The position numbers were made by a program, and so were the translations under genes. Positions 16,823 to 27,100 of a DNA stretch of 32,747 nucleotides are shown here, piece after piece. Position 1 is the first letter of the stretch. Each line of letters starts with the position of its first letter. Source of the DNA: a virus (lineage: Duplodnaviria; Caudoviricetes); the IMG/VR virus record IMGVR_UViG_3300031963_000578, positions 1-32,747 of that record; one strand, 5' to 3'. The notes beneath the pieces were generated by a model, which searched no databases, was not told the origin of the DNA, and saw nothing but the letters and a program-made list of their open reading frames with translations.

Positions 16823-17307
16823 GCACACTCCCAGCAGGGTACGACCCAATACCATTAGATGACTTCGAGCCTTTGCTCCTAGCCACTAAGGAGCATTTTG
16901 ACTTGTATTGGCCCTCGACTAAGCCTTTGTTGGAGCGGTGTATTAAACGTGCTATGCATGGAGAGATGAGTGTAGATGATATTTATAACTCGGCGCTTGC
17001 TGGCAAGATGTATATATTTGTTGTGAAGTGTGATAAAACAATTACTAAGAGTGTGAAACTAGCACTTGCAATTGAGATTATCCCTTACCCAAAGTTAGCT
17101 GCTATGAATATTGTTGCACTTGGCGGTAGTGATTTAGATGCTTTACATGCAAAGTATTGGAAGATGCTTTGCGGTTGGGCGTATATGAATAGTGTCCGAG
17201 TCATTGAGGGATGGGTATCCCCAGCAATGGAACGGGTGATTTCTCAATATGGTTTTAAACCTGTGTATACACACATGCGACTCGAATTGACGGAGGCTAT
17301 GAAATGA
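16819..17307 (+). CDS. GNAT-like protein (positional analogue of T7 gp13 / P22 gp14)
   Basis: 162 aa. I..YP, I.ALGG, IEGW...A..R....YGF pattern. Precedes the first ejection protein. Confidence 0.5.
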   Translation: MSTLPAGYDPIPLDDFEPLLLATKEHFDLYWPSTKPLLERCIKRAMHGEMSVDDIYNSALAGKMYIFVVKCDKTITKSVKLALAIEIIPYPKLAAMNIVALGGSDLDALHAKYWKMLCGWAYMNSVRVIEGWVSPAMERVISQYGFKPVYTHMRLELTEAMK

Positions 17308-18944
17308 ACGAAACTAAATTTATGCGTATGCCCAGTGCCAAACAAATGGCAATGATGGGGATTCCTGATTTACCTGAAGCTGCTTTTGGCGGTGATATAC
17401 CCCCACTGCAACGTAAAGCATTGGTCAGAGCTATGGGTATTCGCCCACAAGGTGGCGGTGGCGGTGGTGGTAGAGGCTTAATGGCAGTCGTTGGTGTTGT
17501 TGCTGCTGTTGCAATCCCATTTGCTGCACCTGCGATTGTTGGTGCAATGGCTTCTAGTACAGCAATTGCTGCGTCTATGCCTTTTGTAACTGCGGCTTTG
17601 AGTACCACGGCTGGTGCTGTGATTGGTTCTGCGATTGTTGGTGCTGGTTTAGGTGCGGTAACTGCGGCAGTAACTGGCGGTAACGTCGGTCGTAGCGCCT
17701 TGATGGGTGCTATCGGTGGTGGTATCGGTGGTTACTCACAAGCTGGCAGTATCACAGCACAAGGTACAAACGTCGGTACTGGTGCTACAGCACTTACAGA
17801 TGCCGGTACTGCGCAACTAGCTACTACCCCAACGGCTAATGCTGTTGTGACTAACGTCGGTTCCAACACTGGTTACTGGTCTCCTGAGCTTGGGCAGTTC
17901 GTTGACCCAATGACTGGTAATACTATTGCCGCTCAAAACATCGCTTACGGCGGTACTGTTGACAGTGCAATGGCTAGTCAGTTGAGTTCAGGTTCTCTTG
18001 GTTCACAAAGCCTTGCTAACGCAATTAGTGCTAATGGAACTTTGGCTGTTAACACACCAGTAGCTGCTGGCGGTAATGCGGCTGCGTTTGGTGCTGGTGG
18101 CGGTACATACTATGACCCAACCACTGCGGTGGCTGGTTCTGCTCCAGCGTATTCTCAAGCTGGTTTGCAATACACTCCTGCAATGGAACAAGCTGCGGCT
18201 AATCAAGCTGTACAGTCTGGGCAATTAACGAACGTAGTTAGTAAAACTGGTGGGGCAACACAAACTGTTCCGTCCGCTGCTGCTACTACCACTGGAGGGG
18301 CTGCTGCTCAAGTTGCTCCAACGACATTTAGCGAAGCTCTTAAACAGAAATTTACTGACCCACGTAACCAAGCCGACTTGTTCCTTCGTGCGGCTGGTCA
18401 AATTGCTGGTTCTGCGATTGCTGGTGATGGCTTGTCAGATGAAGAAAAAGCCTTGCTCAATCAGCAAACTGCTGAACTTCGTCAGTTACGTGAAACTAAC
18501 CAAGAGTTGTTTAACCAACGTCTGCAAGAAGCACAAGGACTCATTGGTGAGTCTAAATACTTTGACCCAGCGTACTTTGGTATGCAGAGTGAACGTGCTG
18601 TTAGAACTGCTGGTGCTCGTGCAAAGCGTGAAGCCCTTGGTAAGTTTGGCCCACAACGTGCAGGATTACGTAGCGCAGAAGAACGTCGCTTTGACTTAGG
18701 TATCTCGACTGGTAGTCAAACTGCTTACCTGCAAGGTGCTGATGCAGCGCAACAAAACAAAATCCGCACGCAAACTGCGGGTCTTAGCGCAATGCCTACA
18801 GGTGCTCCTACAGGTGCGTTGCAATATGGTTCTTATGTTGGTGGTTTATATGATGCGGCTGACCGTCGTCGTCGCCAAAATGCTGGTGACATCGGTGACC
18901 TATTCGGTTCATTCACTGGTAGTCGCATGGCTACTAGCGTGTAA
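17304..18944 (+). CDS. Ejection/pilot protein with leader, poly-Gly and hydrophobic helices
   Basis: 546 aa, GGAGG RBS. Long Gly/Ala hydrophobic stretch at about aa 59-143, helical C-terminus. Confidence 0.65.
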   Translation: MNETKFMRMPSAKQMAMMGIPDLPEAAFGGDIPPLQRKALVRAMGIRPQGGGGGGGRGLMAVVGVVAAVAIPFAAPAIVGAMASSTAIAASMPFVTAALSTTAGAVIGSAIVGAGLGAVTAAVTGGNVGRSALMGAIGGGIGGYSQAGSITAQGTNVGTGATALTDAGTAQLATTPTANAVVTNVGSNTGYWSPELGQFVDPMTGNTIAAQNIAYGGTVDSAMASQLSSGSLGSQSLANAISANGTLAVNTPVAAGGNAAAFGAGGGTYYDPTTAVAGSAPAYSQAGLQYTPAMEQAAANQAVQSGQLTNVVSKTGGATQTVPSAAATTTGGAAAQVAPTTFSEALKQKFTDPRNQADLFLRAAGQIAGSAIAGDGLSDEEKALLNQQTAELRQLRETNQELFNQRLQEAQGLIGESKYFDPAYFGMQSERAVRTAGARAKREALGKFGPQRAGLRSAEERRFDLGISTGSQTAYLQGADAAQQNKIRTQTAGLSAMPTGAPTGALQYGSYVGGLYDAADRRRRQNAGDIGDLFGSFTGSRMATSV

Positions 18945-18955
18945 AGGAGAGCACC

Positions 18956-21145
18956 ATGTCTCTAAATATGGGGCAATTATTAGGCGGTGCTGGTATCGTT
19001 GCGGGTCGTCAGCGGCAAGCTGAAAACGCAGAGATTGAGCAACGTGGTAACTTAATGCGAATCCAAGAGGCTAACCGCCTCATGGAAATTCGTGCTCGTA
19101 TGGGCGAAGGTACAAATGAAATAGCTAACGCTCCACTGCCACAGTTTGTGCAGACTCCGGGTACAACGATTGGTAACCCCAATGCACCTACTGCACCTGC
19201 TCCGGCTGCTGCACCTGCTCCGACTGCTGCACCTGCGTCTGCTACATCTGCGCCTGTTGCACCTCCTGCAAATGTACCTACAACTGCACTTCCGGCTGCA
19301 CCCGCTGCGGGGTTGCGTACTCCTGCACAACTAGCTTCTATACCAACTGACCAGTTGACTACGGCTGAGTTTCAGGCGTTGCCACAACAAGAACGTCTTA
19401 AGCGATTGCAGATAGAAAATGACCGTCGCAAACTTAGTCGTATTGACACGGCTGTTGCTGCGCCACCTGCGGCTGCTTTTGATGTAGTAACACTCCCTTA
19501 CACTGGGGCAGCTACGCTTTTACAAAAAGGTCTTAACGCAGTTGACTTTGCTAGATTTGGTCGTGCCGCAGGTTTTTATGACCCCGATGTAACTAGCGTA
19601 ACAATTCCGGGTGCAGGTTCAATTACACCTTTTACTGACCGCCTACGTAAGTCAGATGCAGAAAACCAACCTATAACAGAAGCACAATTACTCGAGCGTT
19701 TAAAAACAGGCGAAGCTACTAAAGCAAAAGCAGTAGAAACTGAGCGTGTTAAAAATGCAGAGGTTGCCCAGAAGCAAGGTTTGGAAGACTGGCAACTGGA
19801 TGCTAAGGGTAAACCCGTACGTGGTCTAGTAAATAACAATCCCGGCAATATCCGTCCTAGCACTCAGTACACATGGCAAGGTCAGGTTGGGATTGATAAA
19901 GGTGCGAAAGAAGCCGCAGGCTTTGTGCAATTTGCTTCGCCTGAAGCAGGTATCCGTGCCATGACGTTAAACCTGTTGTCTTATGACCAGCAGGGTATTA
20001 ACACAGTACAAGGAATTATTAATCGCTGGGCACCTCCGTCTGAAAATAAGACAGGTGCATATATAAATCAAGTCGCAAAAGAATTAGGTGTTAAACCCAC
20101 TGACACAATAAATCTCAAAGATGCAGCAGTTATGCGTCAGTTGGTTACTTCTATCATTCAATTTGAAAACGGAAAGAACCCATATAATGCTCAAATCATT
20201 GACACAGGCATTGCGCTCGGCTTTAACAAAGAGTCGCCAATTGTTACAGCAAGTACTGGAAAAGCTCCGCCAGTACCTACTCAAGCTCAAACAGTTACTC
20301 AAGCGGTAAACACAGGTACACCTAAAGATGTGGCAACTGCTGCGTCTACTGCTGTACCAGTACAACCTGCTAAAGATGGTGTGATGTACGGCCCTGCTCA
20401 GATTGACGCAAGTGCCCGCAATCCACAAATTCAGCAGTTGCTGACTACTCGTACTATGTTGCAAAAGCAGGTGGCTCTTTATAACCAGTATGGTATGGGC
20501 GATAAAGCCATAGAAGCTGCGGCTAAGATTCAAGCTATTGACCTTGGTATGTACAAGAACCAAGCAGACATCGGGCTTTATGAGGGCGCAACGACTGGTA
20601 ACTTTAGCCGTGCTATGTCTGTGTTGTCTACCTTTACTGGTGCACCGCACCAAGTTCTAAGCCGTAATGATGGCAAGTTTGATTTGTATATTAACGGCAA
20701 GGTAGCAAAAGCTGGTCTTGATGGTACGCAGGTTGAACAACTTGTTCGTACGCAAGTCGACTCCGATTACCGTGCACAGCTTGCTAAACTACAAATTGAG
20801 CGTGGTACAAAACGCTTTGAGACTGATGAAAAAATTCGTGAGAAAACCAGTGAAGAAGTTTTACGTTCTGCTCGTGAGATTCAGCTTGAAATCCTCAAAG
20901 GTAATACTAAACTGGCTGAAGAAAAAATTAAATTGGCTGGCTTTAAACTTATTGGCTCTGGTGCTGGCGATGGTAAAGCCTATTACTCCAACGGTCTAGG
21001 CGATGTATTTATGATTGATGGGCAAAATAAAACAGCCACTATCAATGGTGCTACAGTTGACCTTGGAGTAGTTGCACAACAAGTTTCTGGAGTAGATAGG
21101 AGTATTTGGAGTACCGTGAATCCTCCCCAACAAGTAGTCAGGTAA
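18956..21145 (+). CDS. Internal virion protein with a lysozyme-like NNNPGNIR domain
   Basis: 729 aa, AAGGAG RBS. RG..NNNPGNIR, F.SPE.G.RA, II.RWAP..EN.T..Y and I..FENG motifs. Pro/Ala linker. Confidence 0.75.
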   Translation: MSLNMGQLLGGAGIVAGRQRQAENAEIEQRGNLMRIQEANRLMEIRARMGEGTNEIANAPLPQFVQTPGTTIGNPNAPTAPAPAAAPAPTAAPASATSAPVAPPANVPTTALPAAPAAGLRTPAQLASIPTDQLTTAEFQALPQQERLKRLQIENDRRKLSRIDTAVAAPPAAAFDVVTLPYTGAATLLQKGLNAVDFARFGRAAGFYDPDVTSVTIPGAGSITPFTDRLRKSDAENQPITEAQLLERLKTGEATKAKAVETERVKNAEVAQKQGLEDWQLDAKGKPVRGLVNNNPGNIRPSTQYTWQGQVGIDKGAKEAAGFVQFASPEAGIRAMTLNLLSYDQQGINTVQGIINRWAPPSENKTGAYINQVAKELGVKPTDTINLKDAAVMRQLVTSIIQFENGKNPYNAQIIDTGIALGFNKESPIVTASTGKAPPVPTQAQTVTQAVNTGTPKDVATAASTAVPVQPAKDGVMYGPAQIDASARNPQIQQLLTTRTMLQKQVALYNQYGMGDKAIEAAAKIQAIDLGMYKNQADIGLYEGATTGNFSRAMSVLSTFTGAPHQVLSRNDGKFDLYINGKVAKAGLDGTQVEQLVRTQVDSDYRAQLAKLQIERGTKRFETDEKIREKTSEEVLRSAREIQLEILKGNTKLAEEKIKLAGFKLIGSGAGDGKAYYSNGLGDVFMIDGQNKTATINGATVDLGVVAQQVSGVDRSIWSTVNPPQQVVR

Positions 21146-21153
21146 GGTGAATT

Positions 21154-24100
21154 ATGGCGACTAAAGCCACACAGTCATTTGAAAACCCACTGTACACTAG
21201 CTCTGGCGGGTCACTCGCCAGTGACATGAGTGGCTATACTTTTTTAAATCCTGCGGTTAGTACAGGGTCGGACGCTCTCCAGCAAGGGTTGGCTGACATT
21301 GCCGCAATGGGTGCAAGGGCGCAACAAATAACGCAGTTTGAACTGCCGCAGATTAAACGCCCACCTGCTATTCAGTACAGTCCATCACAGAAAAAACTTG
21401 CTGTACAGGGCGTTACCTTCGATGAAGATGACTCCGAGATGACCCTGCGTGCGGAGGCTTTGCTAGACCAGCCCCCCGTTGGAACACTAAAGGGTGGCGA
21501 CTGGGTAACACTTACACCGCAAGCATACGGGCAGATTACCAGTGGTATCCGTAACCCTAGTCTTGGTCGTCTTATGTCCAAGAACTTTGGTATTGGCGTT
21601 GACCAGTTGCAGTTACTTGCTGGTCGTGGGCTTCAGCTTGCTGGCGCAGAACAAACAGGTCAGGCTATCGTTGACCAGCAGATGGATGACATACGTAAGA
21701 ACCTTCCGTTCCGTCGTGAGTTCTCTGAGATTGATTCTTCTAAAGGTGCTATCGAGTGGCTGGCTGCAACTGTTGCCCAGCAAGGGCCGAACATCCTTGA
21801 GTCTATTGGTGTTGCTGCCGCAGGTTTCTTTGCAGGTGGCGCAGCAGGTGGCCCTTTGGGTGCGGCAGGTGGTGCACTGGCTGGCTTGGCAGGTAAGACT
21901 GCCTTTAAACAATCTGTACTTGCGGCTCTAAAGAAACAAGCAGCAGGCGAAGCATTAGATGTAGCCGAAACTAAACTGCTTAAAGAAGCGGCTGGTATTG
22001 CAGGTGCAACAATTCTTAGTGTGGGTCAGAACTACGCCACTGGTGCGGCTGATATTTATGGTGAGTTCCGTGAACAAGGGTCGGGTGCTGATGATACCAA
22101 CGCTCGTCTTGCTGCTTTGTCAGGCGCAGTTCCTTATGCTGTTCTCGAATCTCTCCCTGAGTTCTTACTAGCTTCCCGTCTATTTGGGCGTGGTGGTATA
22201 TCTGCCAGAGGTGGTTCAACTAACCTACAAGATATTCAGGGTAAAACCTTTCTTGGGACACAAGCCCTTCGTGGTGGGGAACTACTTAAGCGTGGAGCAA
22301 AAGGTGCGGCAGTCGGTGGTACGGCTGAAGGCTTAACTGAACTAGGACAAGAGAGTCTGCTTATTGGTATGACAGGTCAGGACTTTACTGATGCTGATGT
22401 ACAGAACCGACTCCTTGAATCCTTTGCTGCTGGCTTTGGTGTTGGCGGTACGATTGGTGCTGGTGCTAACCTACGACGCGGCCCTATCGGCAAACAACCT
22501 ACCAACTTGTTGAACCCCGGTCAGACTACTGACCCACCTCCTAGCGACTCTCGTGAAGTAACCCCCGTAGGCGGGCCAACCCCCTCAGGTGGTATGGGCG
22601 CACGCCCTGACTTCGTAGCTGGTGCTGCTGGTGTTCGTGCATCTACGCCGGGCGACCGCATCTACACTGGCCCAGTTGAGCCTAATCAGTTTGGTGGTGC
22701 GCAAGGCGTGCTTGACCTCGGTGGTATCCCTGTGGCTGAAGCCAAGGCTCGCAGCATGCAAGGCAATGTGCAACCACAACGGGTATGGGATGTAACCACT
22801 CAATCGTGGCGTGAAGTTAGCCCACAAAGTGCAGATGAACAAGTAGCCGCTAATTTCCAACAGAAACGTCAGGAACGTATTCAATTAGGGCAATACATCA
22901 ATACCCTAAAACAACAACTTGCTAATCCTAATCTGCCCCCACAAGAACGGGCTAATTTAGAACGGCAATTAGCGCAAGCCACTGAAGCGATTCGTACTAC
23001 GACTGATGTTATAGATACCACTCAGTTTGCTAGAGAGCAAGCTGGGCAACCGCCTATTCGGCAAGAATTACCAACAGTAGACCCTAATCAGTTGGCGTTG
23101 CAGTTTGCGCCTCCTGCCCCTAGTGGCGTAGGCTTTACTGACCAAGCTGCACCTATCGTAAACCCTGCTATGCAGCAGGCAATGAACTTGGCACAAAGCC
23201 GTGAAGCTCAGGTACAGGCGCAAGCCGCAGCCGCCGCACAGCGTGAGGCTGACCTTAATAAATTGCAGGCACGTGGGCAAGCCCAACGTCAACTGGATAT
23301 TGCTCAGCAAGCTATGGACGCTGCCCGGGCACAACAGCAACAGACACAGCAACAACTTCCCACGAAACCGTTGCCTATACGGCAGCCTCAGCAGTTGGAA
23401 TTGTTTAGCCGTAGAGAAGCTCCGCGCCCATCCCGTGCTGAAGGTCTACGTCGTGGTGTAGGTACGCAACTTCCTGAGCCAACCACTCCCGTGTTGCCTG
23501 TCCAAGACTTGCGCCGTAGTCCTCAAGTGCCTTTGTTTACTCAACAAGGCGCTCCATCTATGGCCGCTCTCAGAAGTGCAGGGACACAGCAACAAGTTGT
23601 ACCGACAGTGCAGCAAGGCGCTACCCAGATTGCTCCAACAGGTGCACCTGTTACTGCGGTTACTTCTGAAGCAGCTAAGGGTGTGGCACTTAAGAAAGAA
23701 AAGACTGGCACGATTACCTTTGAAGATGGCTCTATATATACAGGGCAATTGAAGAAGGGCGAGCCTAATGGTCAAGGTACTTTGATTTATTCGGACACAT
23801 CCACATACACGGGGCAGTTCAAGAACGGCAAACCACAAGGTAAAGGTCGTTTTGAAGATGCAGATGGTACTGTATTCGATGGTCAATTTGAAGATGGAGA
23901 TTTCATACAACCTGAGGTAACAGAAGATGCCACTCAAAAAGGGAAGCAGCAACAAGGTCGTCAGTCAAAACGTAAGCAAGATAATGCGGGAGTACAAGGC
24001 GGGGGGCAAACTGGGCAACAGCCCACGACCCAAGAGCAAGGCGGCGGCACTGAAACAGGCGGTGGCGGCAAGTCTCTCAAACGCGGGAAGAAGCAAGAAG

Positions 24101-27100
24101 TAACTCCTGACGAGACACCCCCACCCCCACCTCCTAAGGGGGGTAAGGCTCTAAAGAAAGCCCCAGCAAAAAAGACTGAGGCTAAGGCTGAAGCCGCACC
24201 CAAAGCAGCCAAGTTGCAGAAAGGCCCGAGTGGTTTAGCTGCAATGGTTGGTCAGCTTATGGGTACTACGGCTCAACCTACTGTGGTTGAGAGCCAGCCT
24301 AAACGTGGGCCGAATGAAGCCAGTGCTGAAACAGTCGCAGCCAATGAAGAACTCGACATGGCTATCGAGACTGCTGAAACAACTAAGAACGCAGCAGCTT
24401 ATGCCGAGGCTTTGTATGACATTGTGTCTGCTTATGTAACCTCAGCAGACCGTACGTATCTACGTAAGACATCCACAAAGTTCTTGACAGATGAAGGTGG
24501 TGTACCGAAGGGCGACTATGTAGCTGCTCTGCGTGAGATTGCGTTGGATGAAGAATCCATCTCTCCAAAGTCACGCCTGTATGGTTTGTTGGCTGATGCT
24601 GGTTTGTTAAACGATGTGAACGTACTGAAGAACGTACGTGTCCCCGGCGCAAAAACTACACAAGAAGCAGTGGTAGGAGAAACCATTGGGGCAAACTCTG
24701 AGATTACTCCTGAAGAAAGCCTTGCTAACTTCATTGATTCCAATCCACAATGGCCTAACCGCAAGCAGTTGGTTGACAAACTCAAACAACTCTACGGCAA
24801 GATTGACGATGATAATTTTCTTGTCGGTAAACGTGGTCGCATCAAAGACTTCTTTGACACTAATGGGAATCCCTTAGTAACTCAACCTGCTGGTACGTCT
24901 TACTTTATCCCTAATACTGTGGCTGAAGAAAAGACTACCAAGTCTGATTTCGTAGCTAAGCATGAAACCGCCCGTAAAGAATTGCGGGACTTGGAAGATA
25001 CTGAAGACCAGACCACACTGGATGACCTTCAGTTTGACCCATTCTATGACCGCAAGCCAAACAGTGATGATGACTGGCGTGCTTTCCGTTCTAATGGTAA
25101 ACCCTTAACGCCAATGAAAGTTGGCCCACTGCGTTTGTTTGCGGCTCGGGTTATCTCTAAGTATGCTCGTAAGCCACGGGTATCTGTGTTTGCGAATATC
25201 CAAGACATGAAGCGTAGCAACCCTGCCCTGTTTGAAGCAGCAGCAAAGGCTCGTAAAGATGGTGACATCGAGGCGGTCAATGCCGCAGGTATGGCTTGGG
25301 GTGACAACGTGGTTCTGTTTGCAGACCTCATCCACTCTGAAGAACACGCCCGCTTTATCATTGCCCATGAAACTCTTGGGCACGTAGGTTTCCGTGGATT
25401 GTTTAGCAATCAAGCACTTAACAAGATTCTCCAGTTCGTTGCTGATGCTGACCCTCATCTCACAAATGAGGCGATTGTCTACGCAAACGGCAAAGGAATC
25501 CCATTCCTCGAAGCAGTCGAGGAGGTGTTGGCAGACCGTGCTGCTGCCATTGACAATAACACAATCCTTAGATTTTGGAACTGGTTAAAAGACCAACTGA
25601 ATAAACTTGGCTTGTCGTTCAACGATGACGCAGCCCGCTACCTTATCAGCCTATCACGCAAGTACGTGCGTCAGGGCGTTGGGCGTAGTGAAGTCAACAC
25701 CTCTGGTCTCTATAAAGAAATCAACGAGGCACTGGCTACTGAGCAGTCCGACATTGAAGTATTACGCTTTGCCCAGTCTGCCGCCCAAGGTTCTGCTAAC
25801 TTTGCACAGAACTTTGTAAACCGCAACTTTGCCGTTTATGGAAACCTTGAGCGTTCCATCCGTGACATTGTGGATGCTTCACAGAAGTCTGCCGAAATGC
25901 GCAAGCAAGGCAAGGGTGTCCTTGCCAACGTACGTAACGTGGTTCAAAAGGTTCTTGATGGTATTCAAACCCAAGACAACATGGCTCGTAAGTCTAAGGG
26001 CTACTTCAAAATCTTTAGGTTGCTGCAAGACCAAGCGGCTCGTCAAACTGAACTTAAGACCCAGTATGCTGAGATAACCAATATTGCCCATGAAGCTAAG
26101 TTCCTTGGGTTTGGTGAGGGTTTAACGTCTGAGCAAAGTGTCCGTGCCGGTGAGTTGATGGCATACGCTACGCTGTTTAAGATGAACCAATTGTCGGATA
26201 ACGCTATTGCCAAGATGGACAATATCGTGTTCTATGACCCGAACAATCTTGAGCCTATACCTAAGATAAACGTAGACGGATTTAACCAGTTAAAACAGGT
26301 TGGTCGTATGACTCCTGAGGAATTCCGTAGCGGCTTTAAAGTTCAGCAGGGTACTGAAGAACGCCCAATGACTGAGGAATATAAAGCGGAACTGGCTGCG
26401 CAACGGGACAAAGAGCTTGCCATTATGGAAGCAGGTAGGAATCGGGAACTTGCCCGCCTGCAAAAGAAACTGGCTGCGGCTACTAATGAGGAAGCCAAGC
26501 TAGAGTTTGAGCTACGCATTAAGCGTCTTGAGAGTAGATACGCCAGTAATGTAGAAAGTACCAAGCGGTACTACACCAAGCAGATGAACGATAAGACCTA
26601 TGAGGCTCCTCGTCTAACGGATTCTCTTGACTGGTTTAAAGATGTTGATGGTACTGTAATCGAGAATGACGATGGTACTGTGACCTACACAGGTACAAGT
26701 ATTGAGTATCAGGTGTACTTGCAGTTCCACGAGGCTATCTCTAAATCGGCTGCGGATGTATTGATTGGTAAGTATCTTGGTGCTATCCACGAGCAAGCCC
26801 GTGCCATTACCTCTGGTGTTGGGGCATCGTTTAACCAGTCGCTAACTGCACAGGAAACTAAGTTCATTGAGGACATAGTTGAGCAGTACGACCGCATGCG
26901 GCTAAAGGATTCAGGCTACAAGAACAACCGTTTTGAGATGAGCGAGTCTGCCCAAGAGGATGCTAACGAGTGGCTACGTATGAAGTTTGCCCGTGCGTTC
27001 TATACCGACCTTGCCCTGACTGACCTAGCCAAAATGGTCGAAGGCTATACCCCCGCAGAGGTTGATACGATTGTCCGTGGTATGCGCAAGAAACTTCGTA

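Noticed and set aside
19180-19310. GCTGCACCT-type tandem repeats
   Set aside because: They encode an ordinary Pro/Ala linker.
23201-23461. Other alternative-frame ORFs in the giant gene (also 21542-21931, 27164-27535, 27845-28162)
   Set aside because: Unlike 23927-24103, I saw no convincing SD-start pairing or family-like motifs.
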